A DNA stretch of 64,000 bases from Octopus sinensis (Eukaryota): contig NC_043003.1 in NCBI RefSeq assembly GCF_006345805.1, positions 29,450,001-29,514,000 of the forward strand. Reading direction: 5' to 3'. Position numbers and translations under genes: made by a program. The notes under the pieces were generated by a model that made no database searches, was not told the DNA's origin, and worked only from the letters and a program-made list of their open reading frames with translations. Below, one piece after another: positions 12,663-25,763 of this stretch; the first letter of the stretch is position 1, and every line of letters begins with the position of its first letter.

Positions 12663-13751
12663 GTAAGTAAAATTATTGTTTTTTGTTTTATTTTATACTT
12701 TTCAATGTTTTTTTTAGTTTGTTCAGGCAGTAGGAGCAGTGGCCATGGTCTTTGTAGGATCTAAACTTCTGAGACAGACAGAGTTGATATTTCTCTTCTT
12801 CAACAGCTGAAAGTTAACAGCCACAGAAAAAAGGGGGCTAGGCCAAGATTCTAGAAGCCTGATGTTCTAGGAAGGAAAGACTGGATGTGATGGTTAGAGT
12901 GGGGCCTGGTAGTGTAGACCCAATGTAGGTGAAAGAAGAGGAGGAAGGACAGGATATAGTTGAGAGATTAAGGATTTGTGAGGATAGACCCAATGTGTGT
13001 GTGGAGGAGGGGAGGAGAGGAAACAAGTCAGTCAAAATTACATGTGTAGAAGTTGAACAAAAATAGTTGGGTCCAAGGAGTAGAGGCCACTGGAGATTGG
13101 AGTGGTGCTAGAAGGACACAGGATGTCTGTAGATCAGAAGCTGAAGCATACTGGTGAATAATTTCATACCAACTAAACAGGTGGCCATTTTTGTTGAATG
13201 TAGTCTTGTATGGCTGTGAGTGTCACATGAGTTTGTAGAGAGTTAGGGAGAAATCATTTTCTAGCTCTGAAGAAGAAGGCCAGTATTGGCCATGTTGAGG
13301 ATGTGTGTTGACTAGATGAGACCCTCAATGATAGTGGTGCTTTGTATATATAATTTAAACAAAGTAGCTGCATACTCTTTTGCTGTTTACTTTGAAACTT
13401 TTCTGTTCTAGGCTTTGTAATTTCTTCTCTAAATCTTCAACACATTTAGTTGTTAGAACTAGGCCATCACCTCTCAACTCCTGGCATAAAACTGCTTTCC
13501 ATCAATACTACACCCACACTCAGCGGAGGAGTTTTGTCTTGCAAGTTACTTGGTAATTTTACAAGTGCTAGTGTGACAAAAGAAAGAAAAAGCACTCAGT
13601 ATACTTTGTAAAGTGGTTGGAGTTAGGAAGAACATCCGGCCATAGAAACCATGCCAAGACTGACCTTAGAGTTTGTCAGATCTTACCAAACCATCCAACC
13701 CATGACAGCAAATAAGAACATTAAATAATGATAATTATGATGATAGTGATG

Positions 13752-13753
<2 letters not shown>

Positions 13754-13810
<57 letters not shown>

Positions 13811-13930
13811 TGTGTGCGTGTGTGTGAGTGTGTGTGTGTGTGTGTGTGTATGTGTGTAATTTTACACATGTATACAAACATCTGTCTCTGTCTGTCTCTC
13901 TCTCTCTCTCTCTTTCTCTCACTCTCTCTT

Positions 13931-13983
<53 letters not shown>

Positions 13984-14640
13984 GTGATCACCGTTACCGA
14001 CCAGGCTATCAGATGTTGCTACACATCACTGGTCACAATGCGCTTTGCATTGTTTTAGCCTTCAAATGACGCCACCCCGCTGGCTAAGTGAGCAGGTCAA
14101 TGTATATATATATATATACAGAGAGAGAGAGAGAGAGAGAATGTTTCTCAAAGGGGAGGTCTATGGGACGGTGGACAAGATGTTTTGAGAAAATTTGGTT
14201 TAAATGTTTGACAACTCAGCACCATCCATTGGACGTGGGAGGGGTGTTTTGCTCATGTTGAATATATTGATATCTATCTGTGCATGAGCATGAGCATGCA
14301 TGTGTGTGCTTGTGTCCATGTATGTATGAAAGAGCATGTGTGTGTGTGAGTGTGTGTGTGAGTGCATGTCTGTGTCTCAATGTGTCTTTATGTGTGTGCA
14401 TTCATATGTGTGTGAGTTCCTGTGTATTTGTGTGTACATGTGTACTTCTGTATGCGTGTTTCCATGTATGTGTGTATGCGTATATATGTGTGTCTGTGTG
14501 GGTGTGAGGCCATGTCTGTGTCCTTGTTTGTCTTTGCATGTGTGTGTGTATGTGTGTGTATCTATTCGTGTGTGTGTGTGCGTGTATCCATTCGTGTGTG
14601 TGCGTATGTGTGTATATGTATGTGTGTGTCCATGCATCTT
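13754..14640. repeat. Compound (GT)n/(CT)n and degenerate (GT)-rich microsatellite block with interspersed repeat fragments
   Basis: Direct reading. Confidence 0.85.
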
Positions 14641-15150
14641 TGTAAGGTCTCTACCTAATGAGAGTATTTACTATTAAAAACTGGTCATGTTGCGTCCTGT
14701 TGTCTTGACAGGATTTCTATGCTAATCCGGTTCAGCACACAACCATGTTATTCTTTGGCATGCTGGTAGAGTATCAAGGTTTGTTTTTGATCCCTGTACT
14801 CCTTCCAATGCTTATTTATACACTCAGCCAAACCTCTCGCTGTTTTTCCTATGTATGCAGTCTTCTGGTTTTTACAATCACCATCCATGCCGTTTATTTG
14901 GTAAACCACACATATATATATATTGTGTTACAGTAAGAAACAGTGCACAGTACCAGAATGTTTTACTCAAGTCAAATATAACAAAATATTCCAAACTGTT
15001 GTTAGTGTATCTGTAATGGACGCATTTTGTGTTATATATTATGCAAACCTGAGACATGTTTTAAAAGTAAACGATCTCAAAATAAATCTTTTTGTTTTGA
15101 CATCATTACTATAGCTATATATGTATATATAAATATGTATATATAATTAT

Positions 15151-15481
15151 ATATAATTGTTAAAAAAGACAACAAACGTTAAGGCAAAACAAACATCTCA
15201 AGTCATATATGTTATTATTATTGGAAAAATTCAAAGTCTTACAGCTGTTTCTGGGATATCCCAGAGTATGGGATATTCTGTCATCGGAGACAAATAGAGA
15301 AAATGAGAAGGTTATAGATTAATGAAGCGAGAAGGGTATATTTGTCTCCGATGACAGAATATCCCATACTCTGGGATATCCCAGAAACAGCTGTAAGACT
15401 TTGAATTTTTCTAATGATAATGTATATGACGTGAGATGTTTGTCTTGCCTTAACATTTGTTGCTCTCTATAACGATTATAT
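15151..15481. mobile_element. Foldback of inverted Penelope-like terminal repeats, each arm with a hammerhead-like motif
   Basis: Arms 15151-15296 and 15339-15481; inner 72 bp perfectly inverted; GAAACAGCTGTAAGAC motif. Confidence 0.8.
15344..15399 (+). ncRNA. Minimal type I hammerhead-like motif with U4C core variant (mirrored on the minus strand in the left arm)
   Basis: GTCT-CCGATGA-stem II-GAAAC-AGCT-GTA/AGAC; stem I GUCU/AGAC; palindromic loop III. Confidence 0.55.
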
Positions 15482-15736
15482 GTCTGCTATATCGGAAATC
15501 TACAATGGTTCCATAACTTCCATCTCGGCTATAACCTTGGAGCCATGGTAATCTGTTACAGCACTTACCCAGCACACCTAGTCGTTGAGATCACCTGTGA
15601 ACTAAACCCCCATATTTTTTTTTATATGTATGTGTGTGTGTGTACATATTCTTTTACTTGTTTCAGTCCTTGACTGTGGCCAGGCTGGAGCAAGATATAT
15701 ATATATATATATATATATCATAGTACATACATATGT

Positions 15737-15773
<37 letters not shown>

Positions 15774-15779
15774 TATGTA

Positions 15780-17044
15780 TTGGGTTCCCCGGAAAGTTTG
15801 TGCTGATTTATAGCAGCTTACCTTTCGACTTATTTTAGAACATGGTTGAGTCCATAAAATAGGATTTGACCACATCTCCATTTAGAGCACATTTTAAGCT
15901 ATCTTTTCATGGAAGAAGCTTTATGTTCTTATAACCTGTGTTAATTTTGTAACCCCTTAAAATGGAAGATAAGAAAGTTCATTTTTGGCAATTGATGCCT
16001 TTCTTTTTCGGTAAAGGTAAAAATGCCTCACAAGCAACCAAAGAAATATGCGCAGTTTATGGCGATGTTTCTTTATCCGAAAGAACGGTATGGAAGTGGT
16101 TTGCAAGGTTCCAAGCTGGAGATTGTAGCCTTATTGATAAAGAGCGATCAGGCAGGCCATCCACTACAGATGATGACCAAATCAAGTCATTAATTGAGAA
16201 TAATTCACATTGCACAACCCGAGAATTGGCAGAAAGCTTCAACCTATCAAAATCTGTCATTCATGAGCACCTGGTAAAGCTTGGGTACACAAATTGCTAT
16301 GATGTTTGGGTACCACATGAGTTGAGTGAGAAGAACCTTTTGGATCACATTTCCATCTGTGATTCGCTTTATGAACAGAATGAAAATGCATTTAAAGCAA
16401 ATTGTGACAGGTGATGAGAAATGGATTATCTACCAAAATGTTCAGAGAAAGTAATCCTGGAGTAAGCGACATGAGCCACCTTTAGCCACCCCCAAAAGCG
16501 GATCTTCTTGCTTTGTGTCTGGTGGGATTGGAAAGGAATTCTGTACTATGAGCTTCTCCCAAGTAATCAGACAATTAATTCTGAGAAATATTACACTCAA
16601 CTGAACGAGTTAATAGCAGCAATTCAAGAGAAACGTCCAGAATTGGCCAACAGGAAGGTGTTGTTTTCCAATATGATAATGCAAGACCGCAGGTTTCTTT
16701 GGGAACCAGACAAAAATTGCTGCAGCTCGGCTGGGATGTGTTACCCCACCCTCCATATTCACCAGATATTGCTCCTTTGGATTTACACTTATTCAGGTCT
16801 CTGCAGAATAGTCTTAATGGTAAAAATTTCAATTCCTTGGATGACGTAAAAAGATACCTTGATGAATTCTTTGCCATGAGACCACCTCACATCTGGGAAG
16901 AGGGTATTTTCAAGTTAAAGGAAAGATGGAGACGCATTTTGCAACAAAATGGTTCATATTTGGTTGATTTAAAATGTAATGGCAAATATTTATTGACCTT
17001 TTTCTTTCTTTTAAAAATCGGCACAAACTTTCCTGACAACCCAA
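15780..17044 (+). mobile_element. Full-length (1265 bp) mariner element with disrupted D,D34D transposase (about 15962-16971)
   Basis: About 30-bp TIRs ttgggtt..ggaaagtttgtgc, TA at both ends; WVPHEL, GDEKW, DNARP, YSPDIAP motifs; frameshifts and stops. Confidence 0.93.
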
Positions 17045-17295
17045 TATATTTAGTGGTGTTGTGTCAAGTGTTATTTACAATTTTGTTCATTTTGAGGACT
17101 CCTCAACATATACACTATTGCACTATGTATATTGATTTCAGTTCTTGATTTTCAAAACTTTCCTCTACACATCAGTGTAGTATCATCATATCCTTTGTTG
17201 TGAATTCCTGTCTATTTAGCTCTATGTGTGAACCATTTCTAAAAATTTCTTTAGTCGAATTTTATTCCCTTTTAACATTGTCATCCTTCTTGCAG

Positions 17296-17441
17296 GAGAA
17301 TGTATTTTATTTGGAAAAGAAAGAGAGTGAAATCATAGAAATGGAGAGTTCGATGAAAACTCAAGTTAAAACCATGGAACTACAGAAGAATGCTTTCAGC
17401 ACAGTAACTGTTAAGTTGAAAGGAAACATCAGGAAGAATCG
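17296..17441 (+). CDS. Coiled-coil gene exon 6 in window; ENVFYLEKKESEII...GNIRKN(R)
   Basis: ccttcttgcag acceptor, gtaagt at 17442; phase 0 in, phase 2 out. Confidence 0.9.
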
Positions 17442-17619
17442 GTAAGTTGGTGCTTTGGATTTTTAATGCTGTCAGTTTCAGTTTGTAGTAACTTTTACCT
17501 CCATTTCTGTACCATTTCAGACTGTATCACCAATGTACCAAAAGCATTACCATTATCATCATCAATATCATTATTACCATCACTATCCTTGCTGTCACCA
17601 TCAAGATGTGGAATCATAC

Positions 17620-18310
17620 TTGGTTGGTGGTTGGTTGGTTGGTGGTTGGTTGGTTGGTAAGCATCACAGAGGGCCTCAGATTTAGACTCAAACAAGCTGA
17701 AAAATATGGGATCTTGAAAATGTCCAGTCTGTTAAGTATTAATTTATGGCTGGATTGGTTGATTGGTTGGTCGGTTGGTATTATTTAATTGATTTGTTGG
17801 TTGGATGGTTGGTTCGGTGGCTGGCTGACTGGCTGGCTGACTGGCTGGCTGGCTGGTTGGTTGGTTTGTTGGTTGAGTACTAGTTTGGTTAGTTGGTTAG
17901 TTAATTGAGTAATAGGTTGGTTAGTTGGTTAGTTGGTTGGTTTGTAAGCACCACAGAGAGCTCCAGATTTTTAAACAGGTAGATCAAAAGATATAGAATC
18001 TTGTGTTGGTCCTATCTATTAAGCATTGACTTACAGTTGGATTGATTGGTTTGTTAGTTGGTTGGTTAGTTGGTTTATTGGCTGGTTGATTAGTTTGGTT
18101 AGTTCGTTGGTTGGTTGCTTGCTTGCTTGCTTCATAGGTAGGTTGGTTAGTAGGCTTGTTGGCTTGTTGGCTGGTTGATTGGTTGGTTGGTTGGTTGGTT
18201 GGTTGGTTGGATGATTATTTGATTGGTTGATTGATTAGTTGGTTGATTGGTTTATTGGCTGGTTGATTGGTTTATTGGTAAGTTGATTGGTTTATTGGTA
18301 AGTTGATTAT
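17620..18310. repeat. (GGTT)n compound microsatellite with a diverged ~120-bp duplicated insert (about 17650-17765 vs 17940-18055)
   Basis: gtaagcatcacagagggcctcagattt vs gtaagcaccacagagagctccagattt and matching downstream sequence. Confidence 0.75.
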
Positions 18311-19045
18311 TTGTTTAGTTGTCATTTTTTAATAACCACATCTAATTTGTTAATGTTCTTTAGAATTAGGTTAATTGTATTAAATCTTTATTTAAATATG
18401 ATTTATAATAAAACTGTAATGAATGAAAAAATTTCTGTAGTTTTTGATAGGTTCTTCAGTCTGTGAGGCTCATAGCCATTTCTTGTTTAGTTTACTGCTT
18501 ATTCCATTCTTGACCATAGTTTGTATGTATATACTAGTGTTTTATATATATATTGAGAAAATATACGTTGTGTATACATTGAGAGAATATATTGTGTGTG
18601 TAAGTTTAATGATAGTTTCAACATCGACACTAAGATTAAGTGATTTCCTGGACTTCAACAGACTTCCTCTGTTTTTAGGTAACTCCTGAAACAGAACAAC
18701 TGACTAAATCTCCTGTTAAACCTAACCATAACACTGTGATTCCAATTAACCGAATTCTTCGCTGTCACCTACTGTCTAATAGTGGCTGTCTCTCTGATAA
18801 GGCCTCTGTTTCATAGCTAGACATATGTGGCTATCATTAATGCCCTCACCCTCATACCAGTGATGTTATGTATCTCATTGTGTATAATAAATATACTGTT
18901 ATTTTATCTCATAGAGTATATACTTGATATGTTTTTATATGTCTCACATTCAGCAGATATACTGTTATATTGTTGTTTATACTGATATATGTAATATTAA
19001 TAATCTGCCTCTGTACATATATATATATATATGCATATATATATG

Positions 19046-19077
<32 letters not shown>

Positions 19078-19919
19078 GAGGGGTTAATGTATTTATATCA
19101 TTTTCATTATTGTCATCTTTTAATGTCCAATTTTGGCATGGGATGGTCAGTTTGACGGGATTCAACAACATGGAGGATTACATTGAACTCCAGTGTTTTC
19201 AAGGGCTTGGTTTTTATGGCTGATGCCCTTGCTAATGACACCACTTTACAGAGTGTACTAGGCACTTTTCTTCATGGATGGAGCACTAGTGAAGTAACTA
19301 AATAAGTTGTAATACGAAGAAAATACCCCTCAACTGAGTAGGGTTGTGGTAGAAAGGAAAGTGGAACAGGTGTCTAGCAATGTAGGAGCTACATGACTAC
19401 TCCTACCTTAAATATTAGGGTGAGAGTTATAGAAAAGATAAAGATAGTAGTGAAGAGATGTCAGAGCTTACTCTCAGGGTATAAAAAGGTGAATATAAGA
19501 CAGAATATAGACAAAGAGTTGGGAACAGTGAGAAGGTTTGTAAGAGGGAAAGAAAAGTGTCAGATGGTTTGAGATGGAGTGGGTGAGAAGAGGTGAATGT
19601 ACTGAAGGGTGATTGTAGAGGTGTGGTTGATGGTAAATATCAGTTTAGGGTAAGGTGAAAGAAATAGGAAGGAGGAGGTGATACATGGAAGTACAAGAAG
19701 GGTGGAGAACTGCAATATAATAGCCTGTAGATAGATCAAAGATGATGTGTGATGTGGGAAAGTGGAGAGAGACAGAGGAGAGAAGAAAGAGAGGTCAGAT
19801 GTAAGCCAAATTGCTCACTTTGGTTACATGCAAAATGGTGTGAGAACCATCTGCTGGTATGTCCCAACATTTCATACCATGGAAAAAATTCAAATATGAA
19901 TGAGAAGCAGCCTGAGAAA

Positions 19920-20089
19920 TATAAACAATATCGAACACATATACACAAGGTATGTGTCTATTGCCTGTTTGTGGGCAGCTTGTGATATCTAGGCATGAAA
20001 GAAAATTTTCTCTCATGCCTATAAATCGCAGCCTGCCCACAAACTGGCAATACACATATCTAGTGTATGTGTATTCAATATTGTTTATA
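19920..20089. mobile_element. Loopless palindromic hairpin MITE
   Basis: Two ~85-bp arms, roughly 80% complementary, meeting at gaaaa/ttttc (20001-20010). Confidence 0.75.
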
Positions 20090-20324
20090 TTCCTTGGACT
20101 GCTTCTCATTCAAATATATATATATATGGTGTAAACAGAGTTAGCAGTTATAGTAACTGACCAAGGGATAAAATATCAGTATATACTATCGGTATCCGTT
20201 ACCTGTATTATCCATGAGCATTGGCGTGCAGGTACACCATGCACATAGAGTGCAAATAACAACTAGATAAACAAGAGTTTATCACGAACCAATGCAAATA
20301 ACTAGAAAATGGAGAAAACCACAA

Positions 20325-20478
20325 GCGCCTGGAGGAAGTAGTACTGCCCTGGCTCAAAAGGGTGGCTGCTGGAAGATCCTATGTCTGGCAAGAAGATTCT
20401 GCACCATGCCACACAAGCAGGAGAACCCAGTCATGGCTGTCAGACAATTTCTGCGACCACATCACCCCTAACATTTGG
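20325..20478 (+). mobile_element. maT/DD37D-type transposase fragment
   Basis: LEEVVLPWLKRVAAGRSYVWQEDSAPCHTSRRTQSWLSDNFCDHITPNIWP. Confidence 0.75.
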
Positions 20479-21508
20479 CCAGTTAGGTGGCCAAATGTTA
20501 GGGGTGATGCTGACATGGTTGCTACATTAGAGGATGACGTTCTTGCTTTATCAACAGTGCAAAAGTGGGCAGCTGAATTTAGGAGGGGAAGGAGAGTCTT
20601 AAAGATGACCTAAGGTCTGGATGTGCAGCAACTGCCATCACTGACAAAAACATTCATTGTGTTCACCACATGGTGATGGATAACAGGCAATTGACTATAA
20701 ATCAAATTAACACATCCTGTGAGAAAGTTGAGAATATTCTGCACAATGAACTTGGCATGACAAAAGTTTCTGCTCAGTGGGTGCCATATCTTCTGACACC
20801 TGACCAAAACAGCACCAGGCTGATCATATCACGGGAAAATCTGACATTGTTTGAGGCAGATCCAGCTGATTTCTTTGAATATTTTATAACCAAGGATGAG
20901 TATTGGGTTTATCAGTTTGAGCCAGAGACAAAGAGATAATCCATCTGCTCCAAACAAGGTCAATGTTGTTTCATCTGCAAGGAAGGTGGTGACCTCAGTT
21001 TTTTGGGATGCAAAAGTCATCATGTTTATTGACTATCTTCAAAAGGGCTTCACTATCAATGGAGAGTACTAAGCCAATTTGCCAGGGCAGTTACAAAAGG
21101 CTATTAAGACCAAATGGCCAAAAAGAGTCATGTTTCATCTGGACAATGCTCCAGCACACAAGTCCTTGGTTTCAATGGCTGCTACGCATGACAGCATCTT
21201 TAAAAAGGTTGATCACCCTCCCTATTCTCCTGATTTGGCCCAATCTGATTATAATCCGTCCCTCCATCATGAAGAAAACTCTTGGCTGGGAACCAGTATC
21301 ACAGCGATGATGATGTTATATCAACTGTTGATGACAGTTTTTGAGCAACTGAATGAGAGCTTCTTCATGAATGGGATCCAAGCACTGTAACACTGATGGT
21401 AGCAGTATGTGAACTGCAAGAGGGACAATGTTGAAAGATAAAACCCCATTTGGTCAGATTCCACGAGAGTATCTTAGTCATCTTAGTCAGCCTGTGAACT
21501 CCTACTGT
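20479..21508 (+). mobile_element. 5'-truncated mariner relic (irritans-like)
   Basis: WVPYLLT, TKDEYWVYQFEPETKR, HLDNAPAH, PPYSPDLA motifs across frameshifts; TIR-like 3' end. Confidence 0.85.
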
Positions 21509-21682
21509 ATGTGTGTAAAATCCAAAATTCTACATAATCCTACTTCAGACTGTGTATAATCATCAATCTTTCTTTGTTTGTCTGTCTGACTCTCTTTCTC
21601 TACTCCCCCTACCCTCCTCTCTCTCTCTATCTCTATCTCTTTTTCTCTGATTATCTTTCTGTTTCTCTCTCTTTTTCTGCAG

Positions 21683-21768
21683 TATTTCAATGATGAATAT
21701 CAAAACACAATTGCAAAAGATTGACGAAGGCTCAGTAGATTGTCTGAAGCGTCTGAAAGAGACACAAG
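21683..21768 (+). CDS. Coiled-coil gene exon 7 in window; ISMMNIKTQLQKID...LKETQ
   Basis: ctttttctgcag acceptor, gtacag donor at 21769; phase 2 in (cg+t = R), phase 1 out. Confidence 0.85.
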
Positions 21769-22115
21769 GTACAGTAATTCTCAAAGCTATTTCACTTAAC
21801 ATCACTACACACGAAGCCACACTTCCTGCATACCACTGTGTCAGTTTCAAGCCAACTGAGATCCATAGCAATGACTAACCATGGCTCTTTTTAAACTGAT
21901 CAGACATTCATACATAACGATTTCAAATTTTGGCTCAAAGCCAACAAGTTCAGGGAATGGGATAAGTTGATTACATCAACCCTGAAATGATGAAAGGCAA
22001 AGTCAACCTCGGTGGAATTTGCAATTCAGAACATGAAGACAGATGAAATACTGCTCAGCATTTTGCCTGGTGTGCTAACAATTCTGCCTGCTCATCACCT
22101 TTAGACATTCATGTG

Positions 22116-22362
22116 GAGGCACGTGGCTTAGTGGTTAGGGTGTTGAACTCATGATCGTAAGGTTGTGGTTTCAATTCCTGGACCGGGCGATGTGTTGTGT
22201 TCTTGAGCAAAATACTTCATTTCACATTGCTCCAGTCCACTCAGCTAGCAAAAATGAGTAATCCTGCGATGGACCGGCATCCCATCCAGGTGAGGAATTT
22301 CTACGCCACTGAAACTGGGAAACTGGCCCTTATGAGCCTGGCATGGCTCGAGAAGGAACATT
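22116..22362 (+). mobile_element. tRNA-derived SINE of a third family
   Basis: A-box gtggcttagtgg and B-box-like ggtttcaattcc, followed by a gtgttcttgagcaa..cattgctccagtccactcagc body. Confidence 0.65.
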
Positions 22363-23390
22363 TTTATCTATTTTAGACATTCATACATAATAAGTGCTGA
22401 TTGAGTAAAAATAGATTAAAAGTTCAAATGCTACAATTATATCAAATGTAATTTATCATTGTTGTCATCATCATCATCGTTGTTGTCATCATTGTCATCA
22501 TCATCATCAGCAGCAGCACCATCAGCAGTATTGTTGTCATCTCTTAATGTCCATCTTTCATGCTGCATGTGTTGGGTGGTTTGACGGAATCTGCTGGCTC
22601 TGAGGATTGCATCATGCTTCAGTGTCTGCTTTGGTGTGGTTTCTCCGACTAGATGCCCTTCTCAGCACCAACCTTTCTATGGTACAAGTGACATTGGTAC
22701 TTGTAAGGTCACCACGAAGTTTGAAGGCTAAGATCACCTTTGACTGAATGGGGCTACAGAAGAGAGGAAGGTAGTTTTATACTACAGAAGAAGGGAGTTA
22801 AAGTATGAAAGAAGGAGCCAGAGCAGAACAGATTTCTCGCTGTAGAGGGGCTGCATAGCTACACACACACACACACACACACAAACACACACTCACGCAC
22901 ACACATACACACACAAAAGGTTATATATAATATAACCAGTGTTTTTCTTCAAATTTCGCTTATTTACTAAACAAACAGCATAAAGATCAACATCATCATC
23001 ATCATCATCATCATCATCTCATCATCATCATCATATAACATCCATTTCCTATGCTGGCATGGATTTGAGGAGTTATCTTAGTGCAACTCAGTTGCTATTC
23101 AGAGTTACTTCCTAGACTAGTCATAGGACTGCATCTTGCTCATACATTTTGGTTTTGGCTCAATTCCTACAACTGGATGCTCTTATTACCATCCACTTAC
23201 ATTAACTTGTAACTAGAACAACAGGAAAATATGCTTATATTTATCAGTGGTGTTTATTCATTTATGAAAAAATAAAAGACCAGTTATAAGGGAGGAAAAT
23301 ACAAATAATAAAAATATATTAAAAGCAATTTTTACAGAAATCAATTAGTCTTTGAAAAAAGAAATTTTAATGAAAAAATATGTCTATGTA

Positions 23391-23425
<35 letters not shown>

Positions 23426-23574
23426 ATTGTATGCATATATATATTATCATCAGTGGTATCCTAGATACGCTATATCAGTATAATAGATGGGATGGTCACG
23501 GATGGAATGTCTTTAATTTTAAGTGTGTTGGACAAGGTCTGACCTGGAGCTAAACAGCAACAGAAACAGCAACA

Positions 23575-23885
23575 CCTCTTTACACACTATACTGTGCCAT
23601 CTGAGCCACTCTACACACGATCTAACACCACTTTGCACCAGATCTAATGCTACCCACACCAACTAGTGCTACTTCACACACCACCTAAGGCCACTCCCAA
23701 ACTACTTAATACCACTCCAGGTACCATTTGATACCCATGCCCATGCTTTCTAATACTACTCTGCACTTCATCTAACACCACTCCAAACTCTCATCTAAAA
23801 CCACTCCCATTCCCATAGTGCTGCTCCACACACAATCTAACACCACACCACACCACTCATCATCTAGCATCACACTCCCACACAC
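23575..23885. repeat. Degenerate ~21-bp minisatellite (atctaacaccactcc-like)
   Basis: Recurring atcta/acaccact units. Confidence 0.6.
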
Positions 23886-24315
23886 AGGTTAATGCCTTTC
23901 TATAGAGCATCGCACACTCCTTTCTGCTCCTTCCTCATCACTCTCTCCTCACTTCCTTTCAATAATAACCACGGTAACAACAATAACGTGATTATAGTAC
24001 AGAGCAGCAAAAATCTCCAGTTTTGAACACTTTCCCCACCCACCCCAAAACCACCCAGTGTTTTTCTTTTTGCTTTCATTTCGTTATTTGTTTTAAAAGT
24101 GGAAGTGTGTCTGAAGGAGGAGGGGTGCATTGTGGCAGCAATGCTTCACAAAGGTAGCTTTCTTGTCAGAATTATCTTCGGCTAATAGACTTTCAAATCT
24201 GTTTGGCTTTTTACTAAAAGCAGCCATATATATATATATATAGATATATATACACACATACATACATACATACATACATACATACATACATACACATACA
24301 CGCACATACACACAT

Positions 24316-24353
<38 letters not shown>

Positions 24354-24492
24354 CTGACACTAGATTTCTGTTGTAAGACGAGTATTTATGATGTGTTTTT
24401 TGATGGATGTGGATACATATAGCACAATGTAAATGAATCTCTGTTCATTTACCCCCAACGTCATCTTTATCATCATCGTTGTCGTCGTCGTT

Positions 24493-24527
<35 letters not shown>

Positions 24528-24539
24528 TATCACCACCAC

Positions 24540-24572
<33 letters not shown>

Positions 24573-25111
24573 ATTTGTAGTCAATTTACTATCTGCTTTT
24601 CCAGGCTTGCATGCTTTAGGCATATGTCACTGAGTCAGATTTTCCACACTTCAATGCTTTTTTCCTACCACAAACCCTCTTCCATTTCCAATCAAGGTAA
24701 CACTTCTCCATAATCGAATATGATGAATAACATCACAAGTTGTATAAGAGCGATGCTCATTTACAAATCTCATGTAATGTTTTGCCTATGAGTATTCAGT
24801 TGTTTGAACAACCGAGCTACTTGTTATTGAATTGTATGTGGCTGAGTATATAGCAGATGCATACACCCTTAAGATAATTCTCAGGCAGCATAAGTGTGAT
24901 TAAGTCAAAGATGTTTGGACCTTGGTTCTATGGAGTTTCAGTCCACTCCATTTCATACATAAAGCATAGGTCAACCGGAATAGATGGTAAAATGCGTTTG
25001 CCCAAGATACCATGCATTAAAATTGGACATGGTATCTCAAGGTTTTTGAAACAAACTTCTAAACCATTTAGAAATAGACTGAACATGTGTATGTGTGTGT
25101 GTATGCAAATA

Positions 25112-25154
<43 letters not shown>

Positions 25155-25198
25155 CAACCAGTTGACTGTGAAAATATTTTACCTCAAAAAATGTATGT

Positions 25199-25350
25199 AC
25201 ATTCTGTGCATTTTCCTCCAGGCACTTGATGTAGCCCTGTATGTTGAGTCTGAGGCCATGTAGGAAGATGAATGGAGGCATAGCATCACCATCACTAGTG
25301 ATCACTCCTGACACCATGATGTTGACTGGATGTTCATTTTTTATCACTTT
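25199..25350 (-). mobile_element. maT/DD37D-type transposase fragment (part upstream of the 20325 piece)
   Basis: HPVNIMVSGVITSDGDAMPPFIFLHGLRLNIQGYIKCLEE. Confidence 0.75.
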
Positions 25351-25698
25351 TGGTACATGTCCTCAGATTACACTGTCCTCACATTGACACCAAAACACTC
25401 TGAAATGTTTGTATTGGAGCTTCTGGCATGAATACCAAGCAGAACAACATGTTGTTTCCAAATTTCTGGCAGACCGAATTGCAGCATGGGGCTGTCTTTA
25501 TCACAGACAGTGCCCAAATGACCCTACTATACTGTGTAGTTGACAAAATCAAAAACAAACAATGCACTTGCACGAAATTAAAAATATAAAATAGCGACAA
25601 TTTACCCATTGCACCTTGTATTTATATATACATACATACATACATACATATATGTGTGTGTGTATGTGTGTGTATATGTATATATATATATACATATA

Positions 25699-25763
<65 letters not shown>

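Noticed and set aside
12760-13420. Possible degenerate retroelement (TYIGST-like motif on the minus strand)
   Set aside because: Too decayed to assign by eye.
14710-14936. Possible extra host exon after ttgtcttgacag
   Set aside because: Hydrophobic, non-coiled-coil translation and no good donor; flanking exons already join in phase.
20325-25350. Two maT fragments that both break at KCLEE in opposite orientation, suggesting an inversion
   Set aside because: The geometry does not fit a single inversion, and host exon 7 between them keeps its orientation.
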